A DNA stretch of 64,000 nucleotides from Bdellovibrionota bacterium (lineage in GTDB: Bacteria; Bdellovibrionota_G; JALEGL01; DATDPG01). Within the stretch, counting starts at the first letter, position 1; the number at the start of each line of letters is the position of its first letter. Where the stretch lies: the NCBI GenBank assembly GCA_963668355.1, contig OY764265.1, positions 2,688,001-2,752,000 on the forward strand, given 5' to 3'. Shown one piece after another: positions 29,617-37,790 of the stretch. The translations under genes were made by a program, and so were the position numbers. The notes under the pieces are model-generated. The model saw nothing but the letters and a program-made list of their open reading frames with translations. It had not been told where the DNA came from and made no database searches.

Positions 29617-30512
29617 TCCTTCCTCTTTTCCTTCTCCAACCGCTTAGCGGCTTCCAAAGTATTGGATAAAAGCATCGCAATCGTTAGAGGGCCTACTCCT
29701 CCGGGAACCGGAGTGATCCACTTGGCCCGTTTGGACGCTTCATCAAATTCAACATCTCCAACCAGTTGGTTGTCTTCCGTACGATTGATTCCGACATCAA
29801 TCACAGCGGCTCCCTCTTTCACCCAATCACCTTTGACGAATTCCGCTCGACCGATAGCCGCCACCAAAATATCGGCCCGACGACAAACCTCCGCCAAATT
29901 ACGTGTGCGAGAATGACAGATGGTTACGGTCGCGTTCCGGGCCATCAAAAGCTGAGCGACCGGTTTCCCTACGATATTACTTCGCCCGACAACAACCGCT
30001 TCCGCCCCTTCCATCGGAACTTGATACTCGTCCAGAATCCTCAGAATCCCCTTTGGCGTACATGCAACGAAGGTGGGTTCTCCGGTAAAAAGTTTTCCAG
30101 CACTTTGAATGTGGAATCCATCCACGTCCTTTTCGGGAGAAATTGTTTCCAACACCCGAGACGCAGAAATCTGTTTCGGCAAAGGCAATTGAACCAAAAT
30201 GCCATGGATCGAAGGGTCATCGTTTAACGCTCGAATTTCCGTGAGTAAGCTTTCTTCTGAAAGATCTTCCGGAAGTTCCATCTTCAGAGACTTCATGCCG
30301 AGTTTTGCGCAAATTTTAGCCTTTCGGTTCACGTAAACCCGTGACGCTTCATCATCCCCCACACGAAGAGTAGCCAGGCCGGGCTGGATTCCCGTTTCTT
30401 TTCTGAACCGCTCCACTTCGCCTTGAATTTCATTATGTATTTTTTTGGCTAACGCTTTTCCATCCATCAAAGTCACGGCGCGGGACTTTACCAGGCTTAG
30501 TTGGATTGACAA
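29613..30512 (-). CDS. folD: Methylenetetrahydrofolate dehydrogenase/cyclohydrolase
   Basis: KDVDGFH, GRSNIVGKP, TPVPGGVGP. Confidence 0.97.
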   Translation of the reverse strand: MSIQLSLVKSRAVTLMDGKALAKKIHNEIQGEVERFRKETGIQPGLATLRVGDDEASRVYVNRKAKICAKLGMKSLKMELPEDLSEESLLTEIRALNDDPSIHGILVQLPLPKQISASRVLETISPEKDVDGFHIQSAGKLFTGEPTFVACTPKGILRILDEYQVPMEGAEAVVVGRSNIVGKPVAQLLMARNATVTICHSRTRNLAEVCRRADILVAAIGRAEFVKGDWVKEGAAVIDVGINRTEDNQLVGDVEFDEASKRAKWITPVPGGVGPLTIAMLLSNTLEAAKRLEKEKRKE

Positions 30513-30775
30513 TGAGGAAAGATGTCTCTCAAATCCTTTTCTGAAAGGCCTTCTAGAGCGACAACCTTATTTTTGGATTTCACGCCTTGGAGAAGAGAAA
30601 TCTGTCGTTTGGGGATGTTTAACGTTTTCGAAAGAAGCTTGAGGAGGGCCTCATTGGCCGCATTGTCGACCGGAGGCGCCGTCAGTCGAACATAAAGAAC
30701 ATCATCTTTAAAACCCCGCACTTCTTCCTTTTTTGCACGAGGCTGAACCTTGATTTTTAAGGTAACCCGGTCCAC
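30497..30775 (-). CDS. DUF167 (YggU) family protein
   Basis: VQPRAK, APPVDNAAN motifs. Confidence 0.9.
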   Translation of the reverse strand: MDRVTLKIKVQPRAKKEEVRGFKDDVLYVRLTAPPVDNAANEALLKLLSKTLNIPKRQISLLQGVKSKNKVVALEGLSEKDLRDIFPHCQSN

Positions 30776-31273
30776 TTACGTCGTGGATTGCAGAACCGCG
30801 ACTTCTTCGATTTTGGACGTTTCTCTCGCATCATTCTGAAGCTCCAGCAATCGGATATGGCTATCCAGTATTCCCCGAAGACGGCCTTCAAACTCAGCCC
30901 TTTGACGTTTCAAATCGTTGATTTCATCAATGATTTCCGTCAATCGTCCATGGGCTTGATGAATAATTTTGTCGGCTTGAAGTTCTGCTTGGCTAATGAT
31001 GATCTCAGCTTCTTTCTTAGCCGATTGCTTCATGTCGTCTGACAGTTTTTGAGCGGTCATGAGCGTTTCTTGAAGGGTTCGTTCCTTCTCCTCATGACCT
31101 TGAATTCGATGTTCCAACTTCATGAGTTCTTCACGCTGAGATTGATGCTCACGAATCAAATCTTCCCATTCACTGCGAATCAAATCCAAGAAATCATCAA
31201 CTTGGTGCGTGTCATAACCCTGTAAAGTTTTTCGAAAAACCTGTTGTTGAAGATCAAGCGGCGTCAGCTTCAT
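30776..31273 (-). CDS. DivIVA domain protein
   Basis: LTPLDL..F.K..GYD..VD.FL followed by coiled coil. Confidence 0.92.
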   Translation of the reverse strand: MKLTPLDLQQQVFRKTLQGYDTHQVDDFLDLIRSEWEDLIREHQSQREELMKLEHRIQGHEEKERTLQETLMTAQKLSDDMKQSAKKEAEIIISQAELQADKIIHQAHGRLTEIIDEINDLKRQRAEFEGRLRGILDSHIRLLELQNDARETSKIEEVAVLQSTT

Positions 31274-31336
31274 GCGTAAATTCCTCCCGAGAAGAGAAGT
31301 TTATCTCAATTCTCCAAAGAATCCTATAGCCACGCG

Positions 31337-32044
31337 CTAAGGGTTTCGGGAACCGAAGATAGCTGTCCCAACCCGCACAATCGTGGCCCCCTCTTCGACG
31401 GCCACCTCGAAATCATGCGTCACCCCCATGGAAATCTCTGTACAAGGGCTATTTCGCAAATTGCGAGATTTCAAGGTTTCGAACACTTCCCGCGTTGCTC
31501 GAAAATGAGCGCGGGAGGCCTCCGGATTTTCCGAGTAAGGCGGAAAAGACATCACCCCGTTAATTTCCAGATCCGTATTCTCAGAAATCCGTTGGGCCAA
31601 ATCGAACAACTCTGCGCGATTGGCCCCCGCTTTGGAGGCTTCATTTGCGATATTCAGCTCTAGCAAGATGCGAACCGGACAACCACTCGTCAGACGTCCC
31701 TTTTCCAATTCTTTCGCGACCGACCATCGATCCACCGATTGGATGAGGGAAAATTTTCCCGGTAACTTCTTTGCCTTGTTGGATTGAAGGGCTCCGATGA
31801 AATGCCAATCGATGTTGCCTTCTGGAAATTTCTTGTTCAACGCGTCCATTTTCGGCAAGGCTTCTTGAAGATAACTCTCCCCGAAACAAGAAATCCCCGC
31901 GTCGAAGGCTTCACATAATGCCTCGGTCGGCATCCGCTTACTCACGGCCACAATTTGAATCTCTTCGGGAGACCTCCCGGATCGCCTTGCGGCTTCTTCC
32001 ACCCGTTGGACCACATTTTGCCAACGGTCTTTCAGCGTATTCAT
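31337..32044 (-). CDS. yggS: PLP homeostasis protein YggS
   Basis: VAVSK, FGESYLQE, WHFIG.LQSNK, SMG, VRVGTAIFG; start at ATG 32044. Confidence 0.95.
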   Translation of the reverse strand: MNTLKDRWQNVVQRVEEAARRSGRSPEEIQIVAVSKRMPTEALCEAFDAGISCFGESYLQEALPKMDALNKKFPEGNIDWHFIGALQSNKAKKLPGKFSLIQSVDRWSVAKELEKGRLTSGCPVRILLELNIANEASKAGANRAELFDLAQRISENTDLEINGVMSFPPYSENPEASRAHFRATREVFETLKSRNLRNSPCTEISMGVTHDFEVAVEEGATIVRVGTAIFGSRNP

Positions 32045-32634
32045 GCATCCTCTCCCAAGGCGCCCAAACGGATGAGCCCTTGCCGAACCTCGGCCAAAGG
32101 AAGGCCGATGACATTGGAGTAGGACCCATGAATGGCTTTCACAAAAGCGCCGCCCGCAGATTGAATCCCGTACCCACCGGCTTTGTCGAAAGACTCTCCC
32201 ACGGAAAGGTACCAATCCAGGTCGATTTCTGAAAAAGCGAGCATCTCGACTTCGGTCCCCACCGTTTCTTCCACAAAATTTCCAGCCCCATCTTCCAATC
32301 GAAAGGCCGTAAACACGGTATGGGTCTTTCCTGCAAGCTCGCGAAGCATGTTCCGCGCTTCCTCTTTCCCCGCTGGCTTTCCAAAAGCCTTTTCCCCTAA
32401 AGCCACGACCGTATCGGCCGCGAGACAAACCCCATCAAAGTCCGCTTCCAAGGCTTTTCGCACATGGGCCAGCTTTTCTCGGGCCACTTCCATCGCACGC
32501 AACGCAGGGTCACCATGACAAGAAGATTCTTGAATATGGCTTGGGAACACCTCCAGGTTCAAACCCAGGAGGGAAAGCAAATCCCGGCGCCGGGGAGAAG
32601 CAGAGGCCAAAATAATTCGTTTCAATTGCCGCAT
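32041..32634 (-). CDS. maf: Maf nucleoside triphosphate pyrophosphatase
   Basis: LASASPRR, ADTVV, DKAGGYGIQ, NVIGLP. Confidence 0.95.
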   Translation of the reverse strand: MRQLKRIILASASPRRRDLLSLLGLNLEVFPSHIQESSCHGDPALRAMEVAREKLAHVRKALEADFDGVCLAADTVVALGEKAFGKPAGKEEARNMLRELAGKTHTVFTAFRLEDGAGNFVEETVGTEVEMLAFSEIDLDWYLSVGESFDKAGGYGIQSAGGAFVKAIHGSYSNVIGLPLAEVRQGLIRLGALGEDA

Positions 32635-32744
32635 GATGTTTTCGGCCGTTGGTATAGCGGACCTTCACCAAACTTGAAAGCCAGAGATCTCTGGAAAACA
32701 CTTAGCTCGACAATAGGCCAACTAATTCATACACTTAAGCCTTC

Positions 32745-33785
32745 ATGGAAGGTCGAAAACTCTTAGACGAGCTCAAACGAACGGTCGATGCGCTGCAAAT
32801 CTTCAGCGAAATCGGCAAAACCCTCACGTCCACTTTGGATATCACCGAAGTCCTTCGAATCGTCTTGCAACGAGTTTCGGAACTTCTTTATCCGACGAGC
32901 TGGTCCCTTCTCTTTCTGGATCAAAACACGCAGGTTCTCCATTACGAAATTCTCATCAACGAACCCAGCGTTGATCGAAGCCAACCCATTCGTCTTGGCC
33001 AAGGGATCGCGGGATGGGTGGCCCAAACTGGAAAACCCATGATATGGCCCGACCCCACACCCAAACAAAAATATTCTCTTCCCAAAGACCTTGCCCCTCC
33101 GGAAGGAACCAAATCCATTTTGAGCGTTCCCTTGAGAAGTAAGGGGAATGTTCTGGGCGTGATCGATATTCGTAGGAAAGGTGACGAAGTGGCACAATTC
33201 TCCGAAGAAGATTTGGCCACGCTTTCGGCCATTTCGGACTATGCGGCCATTGCCATTGAAAACGCCCGAAACTTTCAACGGGTCGAAGAACTAACAATTA
33301 CGGATGATTTAACCACCCTCTACAATGTTCGATACATGCACTCTCTTCTGGACACGGAAATTCGAAGAGCTTCCCGTTATAAGAAGGAGTTCTCCATGAT
33401 CTTTTTTGATCTGGACCACTTCAAGCAGGTCAATGACACTTACGGACATATTCATGGCTCTCAGCTGCTGAGAGAGACGGCCGAAGTTCTTCAAGAACAA
33501 ATCCGAAAAGTAGATTTCGCAGCCCGTTACGGTGGAGACGAATTTGTGGTTCTCCTTCCTGAAACGAGCAAGAAAGAAGCCACAGCCATTGCCAAACGGA
33601 TTCGTGCCGCCATTGAAGACAATATTTTTCTTCAAGACAAAGGCATGAAAGTTCAATTCACAGCAAGCTTTGGGGTGGCCACGTTCCCGGAGGATGCAAA
33701 AACGAAAGATGACCTCATTCGAATGTCTGATGAGAGAATGTATAAAGTCAAAAACTCCACACGCAATAGCGTAATATCGGATTAG
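32745..33785 (+). CDS. GAF-GGDEF diguanylate cyclase
   Basis: GAF (GIAGWVA, SVPL), DLDHFK.VND..GH, RKVD I-site, GGDEF. Confidence 0.93.
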   Translation: MEGRKLLDELKRTVDALQIFSEIGKTLTSTLDITEVLRIVLQRVSELLYPTSWSLLFLDQNTQVLHYEILINEPSVDRSQPIRLGQGIAGWVAQTGKPMIWPDPTPKQKYSLPKDLAPPEGTKSILSVPLRSKGNVLGVIDIRRKGDEVAQFSEEDLATLSAISDYAAIAIENARNFQRVEELTITDDLTTLYNVRYMHSLLDTEIRRASRYKKEFSMIFFDLDHFKQVNDTYGHIHGSQLLRETAEVLQEQIRKVDFAARYGGDEFVVLLPETSKKEATAIAKRIRAAIEDNIFLQDKGMKVQFTASFGVATFPEDAKTKDDLIRMSDERMYKVKNSTRNSVISD

Positions 33786-33791
33786 GTTCTT

Positions 33792-34730
33792 ATGCACGTT
33801 CTCGAAACCATTGTCCGACAGAAACTGAAAGATGCTCCCAAGGATTTCTCCGAGCCTTTTTTTTCACATCTTAGGGCTTCGGTAAAAGAGAAATCCTGCG
33901 CCATCTTGGCCTATGGGTCTTGCTTAAGCCAGGTGACCAAAACAGAGACTTCGGCCCCGGATTTCTTCGTTCTGGTGGATCGCTACAAAACGTTTTACTC
34001 CTCCTGGCTCCATCGAGGACTGAATCATATTTTGCCTCCAAACATTTATCATTTCACAATCAACAAACACACCGCCAAATATAATGTGATCAGCATCCCC
34101 GCCCTCAACAAACACACTTCTAAGAACGCAAAGGACTCTTATCTCGTTGGCCGTTTTTCAAAACGAATGGCCCTGCTCTTTTCCAAGGATGACCGAACGG
34201 AAGATGAAGTGGTCATGGCGCAGGCCAGGGCCATGCGAACGGCTGCCAAACGAACGTACCCGCTTCTTCCAAAATTTTTCTCACTTCAAGATTTTGCCAA
34301 AGCCTCCATTCGATTGAGCTACCTTGGAGATGTTCGGGTTGAAGCGAATGATAAAATCGACCGAATCTTTACCGCTGAAAAAGAGTTCTACGAACAAGCC
34401 TACGAAACCATTTTGGAGGAAATGAAAGAGGCCCCCTTTTACCTTCAATCCGGGCAAACGCCTCAAACCTATGAAAAAGTATCCAAGGGTTTTTCCGATG
34501 CGGTCGATCGTTGGAAAACAAAACTTTTTCTTTCCAGAAGTCGTCTGAGAGCTCAGTTACGCTGGCCCAAAGGCATTTTCACCGTAGACAACTGGATCGA
34601 CTATCTCATTCATAAAATTGAACGAACCAAGGGAATCACAATCGAACTGACTCCGAAACAACGAAAGTATTGGTATATCTTTGGTTGGAAGGTGTTTTTT
34701 TCTTTACGAAAACAAAAGCTGATCAAATAG
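33792..34730 (+). CDS. Tam41/Mmp37-like phosphatidate cytidylyltransferase
   Basis: AYGS, DFFVLVD, KYNVIS, YLVGRFSK, LSYLGDVR match the order of Tam41 motifs. Confidence 0.7.
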   Translation: MHVLETIVRQKLKDAPKDFSEPFFSHLRASVKEKSCAILAYGSCLSQVTKTETSAPDFFVLVDRYKTFYSSWLHRGLNHILPPNIYHFTINKHTAKYNVISIPALNKHTSKNAKDSYLVGRFSKRMALLFSKDDRTEDEVVMAQARAMRTAAKRTYPLLPKFFSLQDFAKASIRLSYLGDVRVEANDKIDRIFTAEKEFYEQAYETILEEMKEAPFYLQSGQTPQTYEKVSKGFSDAVDRWKTKLFLSRSRLRAQLRWPKGIFTVDNWIDYLIHKIERTKGITIELTPKQRKYWYIFGWKVFFSLRKQKLIK

Positions 34731-34741
34731 GAAGGCTCATT

Positions 34742-35557
34742 ATGTTTAATGGAAAAAAGATTGGATTTATTGGCTCGGGTAACATGGCCAGCGCACTCGT
34801 TTCAGGCTTGCTGAAAGGAAAGCATGTTCAAGCAGATCAAATCGTGGCGTCTGACCGCGACCCTAACAAGACCCAGCGTTTTGCAGAGCGTTTTCACGTT
34901 TCCGTGACCCAAGACAACGCTTCCGTTGTGGAAAATTCGGACATCATTGTGATTGCGGTAAAACCCCAAGTCATTGACAAAGTCATGTTGGAGATCGGCA
35001 AAACGTTCACCAAAGAAAAACTTCTCATTTCCATTGCAGCCGGAGTCAAAACCTCACACTTAGAAAAACAACTCCCTTCCGGCGGACATGTTATTCGAGT
35101 CATGCCAAACATTGCGGCGATGGTAGATGCTGCCGCAAGTGCACTTTCCGTTGGGGCACAGGCCACACAGGATGATTTAACTTTGGCCTTGGGAATTTTC
35201 AACGCCGTCGGAAAATGCGTCGTCGTAGACGAAGAACAATTGGATGCCGTGACAGGCCTTTCTGGGAGTGGCCCTGCCTACATCTTCCTCATGATCGACT
35301 CCATGGCAGACGCCGGAGTCAAAGTCGGCTTAAATCGTGAAAACGCGCTTCTTCTGGCCTCTCAAACCGTCTTTGGAGCTGCGAAATACCTCATGGAAAG
35401 TGGAGAACATCCTGGAAGACTCAAAGACATGGTCACTTCGCCCGGAGGCACAGCCATTGCGGGCATTCATACGTTAGAACAAGGGGGCTTACGAACCACT
35501 CTCATCAATGCTGTCGAAGCGGCCACCAAACGGTCCCAAGAACTGGGAGAAAAATAA
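34742..35557 (+). CDS. proC: Pyrroline-5-carboxylate reductase
   Basis: GFIGSGNMA, AVKPQ, RVMPN, SGSGPAY, VTSPGGT. Confidence 0.97.
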   Translation: MFNGKKIGFIGSGNMASALVSGLLKGKHVQADQIVASDRDPNKTQRFAERFHVSVTQDNASVVENSDIIVIAVKPQVIDKVMLEIGKTFTKEKLLISIAAGVKTSHLEKQLPSGGHVIRVMPNIAAMVDAAASALSVGAQATQDDLTLALGIFNAVGKCVVVDEEQLDAVTGLSGSGPAYIFLMIDSMADAGVKVGLNRENALLLASQTVFGAAKYLMESGEHPGRLKDMVTSPGGTAIAGIHTLEQGGLRTTLINAVEAATKRSQELGEK

Positions 35558-35562
35558 GCCCT

Positions 35563-36813
35563 TTACGCAGATAGTTTGAGTTCTTTCACATCTCTTCCGG
35601 AAGGAAGTTGAAACGGGGCCAAACCAAACTCAGGCAAAACCGCCAAAATATGATCAAAGATGTCGGCCTGGATGGCTTCATAGTTCGCCCAAACTTGATC
35701 GTTGCTAAAAACATAGACTTCAACCGGAATTCCATTTTGAGACGGAGGCAACTGCCGAACCAAAAACGTCAAACTCTGATGGATTTTTGGATGATGCTTC
35801 AGGTAAGCAATTAAATAGGCACGAAACGTCCCTAAGTTGGTCATTCGACGACCATTCACCGGCTGAGAGTCATCGATGCCTTGCGACGAATTCCACTCCT
35901 TAAGTTCCTTTTCCTTGGCCTCCACATAGGGTTTAAGAAATTTTATCTGTCGGAATTTTTCAATCATATCGGAATCACAAAAACGGACCGTCGCCATATC
36001 AATTTGAATCGATCGTTTGATCCGCCGACCTCCAGACTCAGACATTCCGCGCCAATTTCGAAACGAACTGGAAATCAGTGCATAGGTAGGAATCGTCGTG
36101 ATGGTTTTATCCCAATTCTGAACTTTGATGGTGGTTAGGGATACATCAATTACGTCTCCATCCGCCCCATACTGGGACATTTCAATCCAATCCCCTTCTC
36201 GAACCATATCCAAGGTTGCAATTTGGATGCTCGCCACAAACCCCAGAATGGCGTCTTTGAACACCAACATGAGAACCGCTGTCATGGCACCCAAACCACT
36301 CACAAATATCCACGGGGAGCGGTTCAACAGGGTCGTTAGGATGAAGATTCCAGCCACCAAGAACACAAAAATCTTTACGGCTTGGACATAACTCTTGATC
36401 GGTTTGTCCCGTGTTTTTTCATATTGGTGCGAAATCGAAACCACGGAATTCAAAACCGAAAAAATCACGAGGGTTCCGAGAAAAATTGTATACCCCACCG
36501 TGAGCCGTAACAGCATGGTTTCAGCATAGGGATAGCCTGCACATAACATCGGAACCATAAGATAGAAGACGATGGCCGGAACAATGTGTGCCAAACGATG
36601 AAAGGTCTTCTTCTCAACCAGCGTATCGTCCCATTGGGTCCGCGTACGACCTGCGAAGGAAGCTACAATTCTTAGGAGAATTCTCTTAGCGATTGTATTC
36701 GCCACCCAACAAAGAATGACGATGGTTACAAACAGAAAAATCCGCGCGAGAAAGCCCGTGAACTGGGCGTTGATTCCTAAATCGGCCAAAGCCGAAGAAA
36801 TCGCATCCAACAT
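35563..36813 (-). CDS. Mechanosensitive channel MscS family (YbdG-like)
   Basis: GLGAMTAVLMLVFKD, NWDKTITTIP, NWRGMSESGGRRIKR, TNLGTFR. Confidence 0.93.
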   Translation of the reverse strand: MLDAISSALADLGINAQFTGFLARIFLFVTIVILCWVANTIAKRILLRIVASFAGRTRTQWDDTLVEKKTFHRLAHIVPAIVFYLMVPMLCAGYPYAETMLLRLTVGYTIFLGTLVIFSVLNSVVSISHQYEKTRDKPIKSYVQAVKIFVFLVAGIFILTTLLNRSPWIFVSGLGAMTAVLMLVFKDAILGFVASIQIATLDMVREGDWIEMSQYGADGDVIDVSLTTIKVQNWDKTITTIPTYALISSSFRNWRGMSESGGRRIKRSIQIDMATVRFCDSDMIEKFRQIKFLKPYVEAKEKELKEWNSSQGIDDSQPVNGRRMTNLGTFRAYLIAYLKHHPKIHQSLTFLVRQLPPSQNGIPVEVYVFSNDQVWANYEAIQADIFDHILAVLPEFGLAPFQLPSGRDVKELKLSA

Positions 36814-36830
36814 GATTTACTCCGAATGCC

Positions 36831-36938
36831 TTAAGACATTCTCTGTTGGCGTTTTTGTTCCTTCTTTTTGAGCTTGGCGCGATGCTTAGCGGTTTTTTTG
36901 CTTTTCTTTTTTACTTTTTTTGTTTTTTTAATAGCCAT
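36831..36938 (-). CDS. 35-aa highly basic protein MAIKKTKKVKKKSKKTAKHRAKLKKKEQKRQQRMS
   Basis: Hand-translated ORF filling the intergenic gap; TAGAAT 7 nt upstream of the ATG. Confidence 0.6.
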   Translation of the reverse strand: MAIKKTKKVKKKSKKTAKHRAKLKKKEQKRQQRMS

Positions 36939-37010
36939 GGGCCTGATTCTACAGATGTCTTACCCCTGGACCAGCATATTTTTTTGCTTCAAGTCGCTTT
37001 CCGTTCCCAT

Positions 37011-37781
37011 CTAGTAGAGAACTTTCCAAAGAAAGAGGCCTTGGGGAGGCGCTGCCATACCGGCTTTTCTTCGATCTTTGGACTCCAAAATCGTTCGAAT
37101 TTCTTCCGCCTTCCGCTTTCCCTGGCCCACCTCGACCAAGGTACCAACCATGTTTCGCACCATATGTTTTAAAAACCCCTCACCCCGAATTTCAAAGCAA
37201 AGGGTTTTCAAGGGACCGTTCTTCCATTCGACAGAAAGGATTTTTCGGGTCGATGTTTTGGTCTGGGAATTGGTAGCACGAAAAGAGGTAAAGTCATGAG
37301 CGCCCACAAAAATCTCAGAAGCTTCTTTCATCCTGGGTAAATCGAGGGCAAAAGGAAGCGTCCACGAGTAATTCCGCAGAAACACCAAGGGCTCATTTCC
37401 AATTTGAAAAAAATAACGATACGTTTTCTCCTTAGCATCCGCAGTAGCATGGAATGAGAGATCCACTTCTCGGGCTCTTAGAACACGTATTTCCGAAGGC
37501 AACAAAGTGTTGGTCCCTCGAACAAAGGCATGAACCGGTGTCGTAGATTCCGTGAGAGAAAAAGACGCGACCTGGTGATGTGCATGAACGCCTGCATCTG
37601 TGCGACTGGCTCCAACCAAAGAAATCCTTTCATTGGCCACCTTGGAAAGCGCCTTTTCCAACAAACCTTGGACCGACAGCCCTTTTGCTTGGCGTTGCCA
37701 ACCCACGTAAGGGCCACCGTCATATTGCAAATCGATTCGAATGGTCCGTGTGGATCCTTTTGGGGGTCCTTTTCGTTTCAC
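37011..37781 (-). CDS. truA: tRNA pseudouridine(38-40) synthase
   Basis: YDG..Y.GWQ, SRTDAGVHA, FLKHMVR, APPQGL. Confidence 0.97.
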   Translation of the reverse strand: MKRKGPPKGSTRTIRIDLQYDGGPYVGWQRQAKGLSVQGLLEKALSKVANERISLVGASRTDAGVHAHHQVASFSLTESTTPVHAFVRGTNTLLPSEIRVLRAREVDLSFHATADAKEKTYRYFFQIGNEPLVFLRNYSWTLPFALDLPRMKEASEIFVGAHDFTSFRATNSQTKTSTRKILSVEWKNGPLKTLCFEIRGEGFLKHMVRNMVGTLVEVGQGKRKAEEIRTILESKDRRKAGMAAPPQGLFLWKVLY

Positions 37782-37790
37782 GTCTTCCCC

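Noticed and set aside
32045..32428. Long N-terminal extension of YggS in the ORF track
   Set aside because: Overlaps maf in another frame; the real start is ATG 32044 coupled to the maf stop
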